Shown: positions 41,301-48,056 of the stretch, piece after piece
Numbering within the stretch: position 1 is the first letter of the stretch
How the letters are laid out: each line of letters opens with the position of its first letter
Virus record (IMG/VR): IMGVR_UViG_3300032304_000721
Span: 1-64,000 of that record
Strand: one strand, 5' to 3'
From: a virus
DNA: 64,000 bases
Position numbers and translations under genes: made by a program
The notes under the pieces: model-generated
Told to the model about the DNA's origin: nothing
Databases searched by the model: none
The model's input: only the letters and a program-made list of their open reading frames with translations

Positions 41301-44186
41301 TAGACTAGGAGTAACTGCGGTTTGCCAGCCAAACTCTCGATCAAATGTAACTCTGGTACTGTATTCGCGCACAAAGCCAGTACTGAGTGGAACTGTTTGT
41401 CCAGAACTGTTTATGGTATAGTTAAACGAATCCTTGTAAAAATTGTTATCAAAAACAATGTCGCCGATGTTGGTCAAGCTAAGATAAGTCAGTGGAAATC
41501 CTAGTACTAAATCAGGATCAGCATTGCCTATGGCATAACTGAATAAAGGACTGCCTGTGAAGTTTGTGCTAGGGTAGATAGCACGGTCGCCAAAGCTAAC
41601 ACCGTTAGTGTCGTAGATATCAAACAACGGAGGTTGGTTTACACTGATTTTTTGTTGTGCTTTGATCCAGGCCACACCATCATAGTAGTACGATAATCCT
41701 TTTTCAGTGTTGCCACTACGGATCACGGTTGTTTGATCTACCAGTGCTGTGGCAATAGGTGTTAATACAATCACCGGTACATCTACAATGGTAGAATCTT
41801 CAGCATTGGTGTTGGTGATGACAAATTGCACCTCGTACACTGTTCTACGAACTTCTAGATCTAAATCTGCGGCAAAAATAATTGTGCTGCCGTTGATCAA
41901 AGTGTACCCGTCGGTTCCATAGCCAAGAGAGCCGTTGACATTGCTTAAAGCGTCGGTTTGTACAGTGTCAATAATGTCTACCGGTGCTAGACCGTCGGTA
42001 CCAAAATCAAACAGTCTTGTACCAGCACGGTATTCCAGGATTGGCCTGCGGGCACGGAACGCATTGTTCAACACAGGTGTTGTGTTATTGTATTCTGCAC
42101 TGGCTGTAATTACATCAATGTGACACCAACGATTACTACGTGTCCAAGCATTAAGATCTGGACTTGCGCGGTTGATGGTTAAGTAATCTGGCACTGTAGG
42201 TTGATTTAGATTTCCATCAAAGTTGCCAAAATCGTAGGGTGTAGTATCGAACGGAATTGTTTGGTCATTAGTGTAGGTTTCTGGAGTAACATAATCAAGT
42301 ACTGATAACAATTGTATTGCTGTGCCTACTCCTTCTACATAATATTCGTTATTTTGATAACTTGCAGGATAAACATTGCCACGGAATACTACCTTCATAC
42401 CATTAGTAAAAGTTACTCCATTTGGACTAGTATAAGTGGGCGATCCGATAATAGTATCAACATCAATGGTGGTCGACATATCAAGATCAATTATGTTAAA
42501 TCGTCCTACTATTTCTGGATCAGTGCCATCCTGGTAAAATAAAACATTTTTGTCAGCAGTAAGCAATGGAATCTGTTCAAAAAATCCATCTGAGTTTTTG
42601 TACCATCCTGTACTGGAATACTCAGTGCCAAAACCAACTGTAAATTTATTTTCAAGATCTACATTTTCTACAAATTGTAGTGACATGTAGGTGCCGCCGC
42701 CCACAGCAGTTAGATACTGTATGCGCCATACGCTGTATTGTGTAGCTTGGTCTGTGATATAGGTAGTTTGGTCAAACGTAGTGGAGTCAAACGATCCAAT
42801 CCCACTTTCCACATTGCCTGCATTAAGCAAAGGATCAAAAAATGTAGTCTGCTGCCAGCCCCCGGTAAGGGGATTTGAATCCTGTGTAATAAACGCAATG
42901 GTGCGATTTTGTAAATTTGTAATACCATCAATACCATTACGATTGGCCGCAAAAAATGGTTCTAAGAACTGATTATTGATTTGATCAAATTGTAAATCAG
43001 TAACCAAGTCCACCGTACCAATACTGGGCATATTGTAGTAAAAATTCTGTGCGTTGGCCAAAGGCACGTTGAATGTAACTGTACCTAGATCTTCGCCGTT
43101 GTTTTCTACACCCAAGACATCTCGACTACTGATGTTAGGAGTAGCAATTACACGACCGTCAACTCCCGGGTCGGATTGTATAAAAAATCCAGGACCTGTT
43201 GTGCGCGGAGCAGAATAGTCAAAGCTGCCTGCTTCGTTAGTAATCTGTCCTGAGTCAAAATCAGTAGTGTCAAACGGTTGAGTTGATCCTGGATTTACTA
43301 CAGTAAACTGCCCACGCAAATTAAATTGTATATCATTACAATAGTACAGTGTATCGGGTGCGTCTTGTGGTACTGTGAATGTGATTAGACCAGTAGCCGC
43401 ACCGTTGTTAAATACTCCGTCTGAATATATGTTTGTAGTTCCTAAACTAAGCTCGGTCTTGATAAAGAATGACCATGGAAAAGTTTGAGTTAAATTGAAC
43501 ACATAGGTATTGCCACGAATCAAAGTTAATGTTGGATTGGGTGAAAAATCTATGTTCCAACTGCTGGTATCGTTGTTGGTCACACGGAAATTGACGGTTT
43601 CTGTTTGATTCTGAGCTACATTAAAAGTATAGCTGCCGCCGCGAACCAAGGTAATTGTTGGGTTGTCACCGGCGATGCCTGAAAAAGTATATACTCCATT
43701 GGCTCTAGTAACTGTAAAGCTATCAGTTAGCGGAATATCTGTGGCTGACACATCCACTGCTAACGGGCCGCCTGGAAGCCAATAGTACTGGGCATAGTTT
43801 ACAAATTTGTCAAAATCAACAAATGGATCCCAAGTATAATAGTCACTGGTGTAAAGTCTATCAGCATTGTTGGTAACGGCACCTTGTAATTGCAGTGCAT
43901 CGTTGATGCCGGGATAAGTTATGGCATCCACTACCTTGCGAGTGTCTTCAGGATTAACCTGTACTACTCCTGGCTCCAGTTGATAGTCTGTACGAGTCTT
44001 GGTAGGCTCAACCACATACCGGTCATTGGCATTGACTCCAGGACCAATTCGACGTCCAATAAATCCTTGTGTTTGCGTATATTCTGGATTCTGGATCAAC
44101 TGATCTAGAGTAGCAGACAAAAACTGTTTGTTAATTGGCGTTTGAAATATTTCTGGCAGGAATTCTACACTGCGAACTTGTTTCAT
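29364..44186 (-). CDS. Giant (4940 aa) multidomain baseplate wedge / tail structural protein
   Basis: Uninterrupted ORF coupled (TAATG) to the gp6-like gene; FG-GAP-like propeller repeats (FGxxV...LVGAP), W-x-A-x-x-x-Y-x-x-G-[DE] CBM-like repeats, GDGxTxxF repeats. Confidence 0.85.
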   Translation of the reverse strand: MKQVRSVEFLPEIFQTPINKQFLSATLDQLIQNPEYTQTQGFIGRRIGPGVNANDRYVVEPTKTRTDYQLEPGVVQVNPEDTRKVVDAITYPGINDALQLQGAVTNNADRLYTSDYYTWDPFVDFDKFVNYAQYYWLPGGPLAVDVSATDIPLTDSFTVTRANGVYTFSGIAGDNPTITLVRGGSYTFNVAQNQTETVNFRVTNNDTSSWNIDFSPNPTLTLIRGNTYVFNLTQTFPWSFFIKTELSLGTTNIYSDGVFNNGAATGLITFTVPQDAPDTLYYCNDIQFNLRGQFTVVNPGSTQPFDTTDFDSGQITNEAGSFDYSAPRTTGPGFFIQSDPGVDGRVIATPNISSRDVLGVENNGEDLGTVTFNVPLANAQNFYYNMPSIGTVDLVTDLQFDQINNQFLEPFFAANRNGIDGITNLQNRTIAFITQDSNPLTGGWQQTTFFDPLLNAGNVESGIGSFDSTTFDQTTYITDQATQYSVWRIQYLTAVGGGTYMSLQFVENVDLENKFTVGFGTEYSSTGWYKNSDGFFEQIPLLTADKNVLFYQDGTDPEIVGRFNIIDLDMSTTIDVDTIIGSPTYTSPNGVTFTNGMKVVFRGNVYPASYQNNEYYVEGVGTAIQLLSVLDYVTPETYTNDQTIPFDTTPYDFGNFDGNLNQPTVPDYLTINRASPDLNAWTRSNRWCHIDVITASAEYNNTTPVLNNAFRARRPILEYRAGTRLFDFGTDGLAPVDIIDTVQTDALSNVNGSLGYGTDGYTLINGSTIIFAADLDLEVRRTVYEVQFVITNTNAEDSTIVDVPVIVLTPIATALVDQTTVIRSGNTEKGLSYYYDGVAWIKAQQKISVNQPPLFDIYDTNGVSFGDRAIYPSTNFTGSPLFSYAIGNADPDLVLGFPLTYLSLTNIGDIVFDNNFYKDSFNYTINSSGQTVPLSTGFVREYSTRVTFDREFGWQTAVTPSLVRQQFQFTYDGSPLLLDVAVNANTTVPAVQIYANGQFQEAYNYQYTVGSNTTTINLLTTYVPGDLIEVTVLSDQVSVAGFYEVPINLENNPLNGNSNQFTLGTIRNHYIGLAENLIALQGPAIGPNNTRDLGNIVPYGLQILQQSSPLTLTGYFMRDANYDIFASLAYNSTEYIKFKSQLLNAVTTFGIADYDNWTVAKLLDQSIAQITAGRTDLNPFYWSDMLPTGTVFTSNSYTVNPITTNTFNTTQTYSFTESNYLGLCVYVNDVLLTRNYQYVVSTEGPTLTISIPLTVGDVVTINEYADTAGNFVPNTPTKLGLYPKYEPKIFLDEDYVNPTPVIQGHDGSITVAFGDIRDQVLLEFEQRIFSNLKNDGNPPPLVAEDVIPGYFRTTDYTQAEVTQILGENFLAWVGANKLDYTAQTYIADNEFTYNYSQAGNRLDQAPLLGAWRGIYRYFYDTLTPNITPWEMLGLSEQPEWWENTYGPAPYTSDNLVLWEDLAAGLVKDPVVPYINPKYIRSELTDVIPVDSQGQLLPPFYSVMGAYNPQGFVKSWQVGDGGPVEASWWSSSSYPFAVMRLLILTRPAEFFSLFADRDLYKYSAEFDQYLYKGRYRIQPQNIQVYGNGVSKASYINWIVDYNQQLGIDSTDALTTDLANLDVRLCYRAASFITQQNLAMYLEKGSPNSQNSSLLIPPESYNLLLYKNQPFNRINYSAVIVEVVDGGYSVYGYSTVNPYFSTLASQVAGLTQTLTGGNISVTVPKQYTDRTVQIPYGYTFTNLTSVVDFLLSYGQYLASQGLTFIAQENGYTLNWIQMAQEFLYFANQGWATGTIINLNPSATQVISFRAGAVVDSIVTYTPENLLLDQNRQAFNARNLIIQREGNTFTLNPEPSGNQTISYLQLKFTDYEDMVVLDNRTIFNDLIYNTVTGERQSRLKLIAATSTQWNGTLNAQGFILNQNNVVAWKANTKYTKGDIVIYKNSYWQAATIVQPKLKFEYADWYKSNYDAVQQGLLQNLATKADQLANSYNTQTANLNRDNDLLAYNLIGFNPRQYMVDLDLSDTSQISLYQQFIKTKGTTQATDLFTQVNFNELSAQYNIYENWGILVGTYGANANRSWFEIALNEAVLTGNPSTVQIVQPGTESQADQAILLSNLWAESYAIPNTNILPTTYSTDSDTALPTAGYVNINDVDITVFNLNDPNNIAANLSTVGNGTTIWVAQDNSYDWNIYQCAQVTGRVTQITDNLNGTSRAQFSTTVDLAVGDLIIIRYFSDVVDGVYRVLSRPTIDTVVIQYAFTNSNQTTLTGVGIAFYLQTMRVAQASDVSTLPYVNQLIPGATAWVDNDGSGHWQVLQKTNPFASIDTLSANNPEVNSLFGTSVSQSANNYALLVGAPAAANGAGSVYTYRLGDVNDYVENTDLLLLATDTSGYGCSVDFGNRTWAVAGANTSNSGAGYATILYLVPGSNDYIQTQLLVAPDENFSATGFGTAVQISDNERWMYISAPEANQVYAYGRVDVPNQSVTYVTDGTTATFVYNNDIMIDPTYPDQLLVTFNNSLQVYGTDYIINDVLVQFLNPPSANNVVRIRRRSSVQLDFETYLGVVQNSTTGAGSGATFTVTNTRGDYSVSLSAPGINYVVGNQLTISYLQVDPTGSAANNITVTVTEVTSGGITGFTWTGNGVDNTSVFSLTNYLYTVTTYDSFTVLVDGVLQRPYIDYTFSSGTLTFVTVPAPGAIIAVQSATVGAYWQYVNTLDSNYYPITVDPNAQLGHSLTTNTVGTQILAGAPYDSAVDAEGDTIPNAGAVYAFDRSVVRYIITDASQLIYAIPGDYDNPVAVVLNNQYLTDTAQYINGQFTINGSTIVLSSSVSLTVGDTLEIETNQFQFVQRFTADNVIDESQFGHSIDICPTSCSVYVGAPLDSSASGVPQAGMVERQVNQSRLYGIITSTVANPTLIAGDTIRINHIEVAVPNSPNNTVAGLVAAINSAGIPNVVAANATNVILTGDGITKIFNVGNIYSAASAYTTLVYIDDVLQTAGVNYSYNNTLQQIAFVSTPVLGAEILVVAGRMTVSVINLAAAEQFNKLTVLPGVAADDSTIGSAFYDLGFVTYAYAQTITSPAPTDFAQFGAAVNVNSSATNLVVGAPNGSVYEPTTFDAGKTYFDDRSTTFFGFISNSGVVFTYDFLPSADSSVANPGQFVFGQQVYTTTLATGDLFGTAVNYRNGRLLVGAPGSDLGDSTGNYGGVSVLNNANDAAVWQVIYSQQPMVDVNLINSVYSYDKLLNSTQTYFDFIDPLQGKILGVARRNIDYIGAVDPASYNTGTVHNIGTSWGPSHEGEIWWDTNSVRFIDANQDNIDYASRRWGQVFPGSTIDIYQWIASSVPPVNYTGTGTPLSTTSYTVYSSINNQGLLITTYYFWVAGINTVATAQGKTLSATAIASYILNPLSSGLPYIAALSANSVAIYNADTLLSAFDTILHIEYDRQAPGGDNDIHTEYAFIADGKADAFLNANLYRKFLDSFCGVTTAGAAVPDPLLSPGMQYGVQFRPRQSMFVNRFTALENYLGYANTVLAQYPISETRSFNLLNSSEPTPAANTGAWDFEVATLEILAYQDLNVVPIGYLYLVQTDTSQNGRWTIYEVALGTLPGERVLNLVQVQNYDTPLYWNYINWYLPGYNSSIQPVATVANTAGLQTLSLSTAPVGSSVKVTANGQGKFEIYLRTALGWDRVGLEDGTIEFSSVLWDYTAGGFGFDVEVFDANYFDQEPVIETRQIIKAINEELFIDDLLINRNQALILTFKFIYSEFTSPNWLFKSSYINVDHVIRGLLPYELYQPDNQTFVLDYLNEVKPYHVQNLAFNLIYDGIDTYPGALTDYDVPAYWNTTLDLPQFISPVLTPYTYSDSVNQSFISDAASNAQIWLERPWSDWFNNYTLSVDSIAVIDTTTTYVTVPVITIGAEWQANTAYTVGEQIAYRNNLYTVTVAGTTNSTAPTVTAGSVVNGTVTLTYTGPRAQATAVLRANRTISTVTVTVAGSGYLTTPLIAINGTYPNFTTSAIKLVPVMGNNLVRSIKTTIKYDRYQYVTTIYEWQADVVYAEGEQVRWNNLVWSADATQSSSVFVVEDWTLVDADSLSGVDRTMGFYVPTVNMPGLSLPLLIDGVSYPGVQVDAPDFNQNTGFDVGNYDINPFDNISFDENGRPTYDPAILDARYSSQYIDPYLGTRATDINVDGGEYVGPYSSHAPEELVPGSEFDTLDLRVYTRPGADWLQRGHGFPSANVKYTLSLSELSLSFAGLLPYTALVTVANQTQSIDLHLGSDYTVDYVAQTVTMIPGGNVQAGNVIVITAYEIGGGNQLYKNIYNGADVGNTVTVPVAYYTATGSEQIQEFVIFVNGVITTDYTYAADGDQNTTVTFDTTYTNTDSITLYVIAPTVVNATTIDYSWSMPQTQLINGVTSVLTYTLDNNLEYVNPDSVIVTVNGVRARTAAGIRHIGDGSTAYTLPDRLGFSQSLIVDNEVHVYVDNEPQILLVDFILEPYDGTPREVIFITEPPVDSEILIYVITNTQCYVNGNQLVFNLGNGLVPVTGDVIAVTTWNDTRQQQILSQCFVGPVTTGVTVVEPYDSTDFDVGLITNAPGSYDYSSGITVTANNLDMGVVITDPDRLLVSLNGRRLFNNIGFTVSGTEVILTSGILSAADVVMITQFTNFVVPESMAFRIFQDMRGVQATYRITPETTTTTTAAVTVNADIIYVDNANTLAEPNFDINVWGVATIDAERIMYRYRDTVNNTISGLMRGTAGTAVTAHDNGAIVYNMGRGNLLPEQYQDYIVSTSTLGDGTTTVFTADNINLTPEDSTLRLDALEVYVGGFKQSEHFIGDGSTVGFALTGIVALTDSIVTVNGAVQTNVTDYSITETTLTFVTAPEAESIVQVSGYTLVASNPAEIVFETAPATGSEVTMLVRRGVTWYEQGTGTASNGNPLQITETQAARFLRGL

Positions 44187-47100
44187 TAAATTACTCCACT
44201 GCCAGGCGCAGTCTGTAGATTAGTGCTGGTCAAGGCAGTGATAACTTCTATATCATTCACTGTGGCTCCGTTAACAAAAATTTGATTAGGAGCCGATCTA
44301 ATTTCATATAGGTCACCAAAACTCTTTTGTGTGTCCAGCGGAACTAATACTACACTGCTGACAACGTCAGAAATGTTTTGATGGATGTAGGCTGCAAGTT
44401 CACTAAAGTAGAAAGTGTCACCAAAGTTCCAATTGTCCAGACTAAAATACGCATTTATGTTGGACACTACTAAATTCTTGATAGTGCTGACACTGGCAGT
44501 GCTGCCAAATGCTCGAATGACCTTAATTGTGGCTCTCAATGCTGGCTCGGCCTTTTGTCCAAACAAGGGCTGAAAATCTACTGTATTAAGAATCATGTTG
44601 TCAGATATCATTTTGTAATTTTGCAAGCCTTGATAAGCAGTATTTAACTCATCTATAGTTGGAGCCGAGGGCTCTGTAACAGTACCGGTAGTGTCTTGTA
44701 ACCAATTGATATAGGCAGTGTAATAAGCATTGGTGACCACGTACACATCAATAATGTTGGTAGATCCTGGATCAATTCTGCTGGTCAGCGGACTATTGTG
44801 ACGATACTGGAAGTACAAGTCTTGACGACCTACACGGGCTATGTAATCATAGGTCACAGTTAGTGTAGGATTGTCTAAGCTATCTACTCCTAGGATGTAA
44901 AATGTTCCAGCTGTATAATTAATTGTGGTGGCACTGGTAGGATTATAAGCATAAAATACTTGGCCAGTCACATACTGTGTCTGCACTGCTTGTATGTCTG
45001 CTAAAGTTGCATAATCACTGTTGATTATGCCTGCTTCAATTAACAAATAACGTTGCAAGTTATCAAAGTCCACTGTGGCTTGGAAGAATACTAATTTCTG
45101 AGTAGAATCTACCGCGGGTGCAACAATTTCGTCAAAGAAATCTGGATTGACTGGTGCCGCATCTCCACCGGTTCTATCAAAACTAACCACAACCTGGAAG
45201 TCGTCAACAAGCCCATCACTAAGCACAGGTTGGTCAATGATAGTCAGCACATTGTCTGCGCCCATTGGTGTAGCACTATCTGGTTGGCTGTTAACCTTGA
45301 GCACATTGATGTAATCACGGATTACTGTGCCTGTTCTGCTGTCGTAGATAGGATCACTGGTGTAAAAGAAAAATCTAGTTTGTAGAACACTACCAAAGTA
45401 ATATTCTAAACTTCTTGAAACTACAGTGTAGGTTGATCCACTATAGGTGGCTTGTATTAACCAGCTAGCGTCAAGATTTGCACCTGCGGTGCTTTGTGCA
45501 TTGGCTTGACTCCAATCTGCATTTACCGCAAGATTACTAGAAGTAATCACATACCAAGTGTCAGTAAGATTATTATATCCTAAGCCAAAGTTTTGATTTA
45601 GAGCAATTTGAGCCACCACAGTTTGTTGCACACTGGTAGGAATGTCTGTGGTAAACACTGGAATCACTTGCACAGGAATTGCACCAGTGGGTACATAATT
45701 ATTTAATACCACTGGGCCAACACCCGATGGCAAATTGCCTAGACCTTGTGCTGTCCCTGCCAGATACACTGCTGTAGGACTAGCCCATATTGTAAGTTTT
45801 TCATCGGGCTGGATAGGTGTGCCAACAGCCAATCGATTGGTAGCAGTAAAATAATATCCAGTGGGCGCTGCAAACTCAACCAGGCTGCCTTCGGTAATAT
45901 ATCGGCCACTGTTGCTGGTAAAGGTCCCAATGGCCACTGGATTGCCTAGTTCATTTTCAAAATAGCCTGTAGTTTCGTTGGTTATAGATGTACTTTGATT
46001 CCAGGTGTAGTTTAGTACCGCTAGATTAGGGCGTGGAAAATTAGCATAGTAAAATTGTTGCAGGCCTGCCCTCAGCGCCAACGGATTGATTTGATTGATT
46101 ACCGCATCACTGATGTCATTTGTGGTCAACCAACTGAACTGAAACGTATACAGGTTATCAGATTCATACAAGGCGCCGTCGCTGGCAAATATGTTGGTGC
46201 TGGAATATTTTCCTGTTCCATCCACTAGGTCAAGATAGCGACTGGTTCCAATACTGGCACGATTGATGGCTGTACTTTTGAGAATGCTGGTGTATTGGGT
46301 AAATGGAAAGTTTGTGTAGTCTTCACCGTTAACCATGCGATTTTGCGTGTAGTACTGAGCTGGAGCACGTTGTTTGATCTCTGCAATAGTTTCACGTGCC
46401 TGAGCATTGGTCACTGGCTCTGTGATACCGCAAGTGAATGTCAGTGTTTCAATTTGTCCTGTACGACTTATGTAACTAATAGGTACAGCTACACTTTGCA
46501 TTTCCACAGGATTGATAATGTAGGTCAGGCCGTTGCTGGCGCGAACATAGGTGCGGAACGTGCCAACCGGTATGGTGGCAAATATACCATCACCAAAATT
46601 TAAAGTAATTTGATCATTGGTTCTACTGCTGACACTATAGATATCTCTTGTGCCCGGGGCCAGCTGTTCTACTGCGGCCGCATATACGCTTTGCACTCTT
46701 TCCCAAAGCCCTGCAATATTACCCAAGTTATCTAACTGATACAGCCAGATATCGGTGTTGTTGATGCCTTCAATGTTGATGGCCACTGCACGATTGTCAA
46801 TTCGCTCAGGCAAATTAAAATCTTGATTTTGTAATACCCCTTGTTTGAACAAGAAGAAAAATCCTGTATTGTCGCTGAGGAATCCTTGTTGGTCGTTACG
46901 GAACAGCACATTGAACTGCCCGTTGGGCAATGGAGCCGGTTCGTAAACAAAATCTTCACCAATGGATGTGGCATTAACCACTTCAAATGGCATGTTCACA
47001 GTGTCTACTGTGGCTGTGTATGGAATTACTGGCAAGAATCCAGGCACTAGATTAATGGTGTATTCCTGTGTGTCTACCCCTAAAATTGTTTGTCGATTAC

Positions 47101-47620
47101 CGGGATTGCCAAATTTTTGTGCGTTGGTTAAACTGGCATTGATAATTGTGATAAACTGTTCTTGCCAGTCAAGATTTGTAGGGTCAGCCCAGTTGACTGT
47201 AAGGTTGGCTAGATTAATGCCGTTGTAGTCAGTAAGACTTTCTGTAGTTGAGACAGAAAATACTTTAAGATATCCACTTGCTTCTGTGTTACGTTTGGCA
47301 GTATAACTAACTAAATTTGCAAGTTTAACAACACTGTCTCTGCGTTCTGCTGTGTCAAGGTAGTTTTCTCTTGTGTTTAAATCTGTGCGAAATGCTAGAC
47401 TTTGGCCCATAAAAGCCATGACATCAAGCAGAGCAATAAACTCACTTGACTCAATATAATCGTTAAATGTTTCTGGGTAATACAGGCGCAAATAATCCAC
47501 AAAACTCTTGCGAAGTGTTTCAAAATCGTAGCTTTGAAAATCAGCTTCACGGTAGGTTTGATAGATTCGTTTCCAATCTTCAACACCAAAAATCACAGTT
47601 TGTCTTGAGGTTGTGGCCAT
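44186..47620 (-). CDS. gp6: Baseplate wedge subunit (T4 gp6-like)
   Basis: N-terminal DFQSYDFETLRKS..DYLR..YPE.FNDY.ESSEFIALLD, FGDG.F, E+IAEIK.RAP..Y.TQNRMV..EDY. Confidence 0.8.
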   Translation of the reverse strand: MATTSRQTVIFGVEDWKRIYQTYREADFQSYDFETLRKSFVDYLRLYYPETFNDYIESSEFIALLDVMAFMGQSLAFRTDLNTRENYLDTAERRDSVVKLANLVSYTAKRNTEASGYLKVFSVSTTESLTDYNGINLANLTVNWADPTNLDWQEQFITIINASLTNAQKFGNPGNRQTILGVDTQEYTINLVPGFLPVIPYTATVDTVNMPFEVVNATSIGEDFVYEPAPLPNGQFNVLFRNDQQGFLSDNTGFFFLFKQGVLQNQDFNLPERIDNRAVAINIEGINNTDIWLYQLDNLGNIAGLWERVQSVYAAAVEQLAPGTRDIYSVSSRTNDQITLNFGDGIFATIPVGTFRTYVRASNGLTYIINPVEMQSVAVPISYISRTGQIETLTFTCGITEPVTNAQARETIAEIKQRAPAQYYTQNRMVNGEDYTNFPFTQYTSILKSTAINRASIGTSRYLDLVDGTGKYSSTNIFASDGALYESDNLYTFQFSWLTTNDISDAVINQINPLALRAGLQQFYYANFPRPNLAVLNYTWNQSTSITNETTGYFENELGNPVAIGTFTSNSGRYITEGSLVEFAAPTGYYFTATNRLAVGTPIQPDEKLTIWASPTAVYLAGTAQGLGNLPSGVGPVVLNNYVPTGAIPVQVIPVFTTDIPTSVQQTVVAQIALNQNFGLGYNNLTDTWYVITSSNLAVNADWSQANAQSTAGANLDASWLIQATYSGSTYTVVSRSLEYYFGSVLQTRFFFYTSDPIYDSRTGTVIRDYINVLKVNSQPDSATPMGADNVLTIIDQPVLSDGLVDDFQVVVSFDRTGGDAAPVNPDFFDEIVAPAVDSTQKLVFFQATVDFDNLQRYLLIEAGIINSDYATLADIQAVQTQYVTGQVFYAYNPTSATTINYTAGTFYILGVDSLDNPTLTVTYDYIARVGRQDLYFQYRHNSPLTSRIDPGSTNIIDVYVVTNAYYTAYINWLQDTTGTVTEPSAPTIDELNTAYQGLQNYKMISDNMILNTVDFQPLFGQKAEPALRATIKVIRAFGSTASVSTIKNLVVSNINAYFSLDNWNFGDTFYFSELAAYIHQNISDVVSSVVLVPLDTQKSFGDLYEIRSAPNQIFVNGATVNDIEVITALTSTNLQTAPGSGVI

Positions 47621-47639
47621 AGTTATTCCAATGTTAAAG

Positions 47640-47645
47640 TATTTA
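47640..47645 (-). promoter_or_regulatory. Putative late promoter (TAAATA)
   Basis: Intergenic, 19 nt upstream of ATG 47620. Confidence 0.6.
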
Positions 47646-47666
47646 TGGAACTAATAATCTGGGTAG

Positions 47667-48041
47667 TTAAACGACGGTGGCTGTGCGTTGTTGCTGATCA
47701 AAAAACAGGCTTAACTGTTGCGCTGTAGTACTGGGTGCCACTGCCAATCCTAGTTGTATTAGGATGCCGTTTTGTTGAGGGAATATCTGTATGCCACTAA
47801 TATAGAGCCTAGGATCTCCAGCACACACACGCTGTATTTCTGTGTAGATTGCCGATTCTGTTTCAGGAGTCTGATTTTCAAACAGGTAATTCCAGATCAC
47901 TGTTCCGTAGCCAGGACGACCTACTAGTTCGCCTTGACGTATGTTAAAGGCATTGAGTAGGTCAATTTTGATCAGATCAAAGTCCACGGCAGTGAATTTT
48001 TTGTTTTGACCTATGGTGTTGAATCCAATAAATGTGGGCAT
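47667..48041 (-). CDS. gp25: Baseplate wedge subunit (T4 gp25-like)
   Basis: D.DLIK.DLLN.F.IRQGE..GRP.YGT.IW.YLFE...DPR pattern, 124 aa, adjacent to gp6-like gene. Confidence 0.82.
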   Translation of the reverse strand: MPTFIGFNTIGQNKKFTAVDFDLIKIDLLNAFNIRQGELVGRPGYGTVIWNYLFENQTPETESAIYTEIQRVCAGDPRLYISGIQIFPQQNGILIQLGLAVAPSTTAQQLSLFFDQQQRTATVV

Positions 48042-48045
48042 GTTG

Positions 48046-48051
48046 TATTTA
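48046..48051 (-). promoter_or_regulatory. Putative late promoter (TAAATA), leaderless position
   Basis: Only 4 nt upstream of ATG 48041. Confidence 0.55.
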
Positions 48052-48056
48052 CTCTA

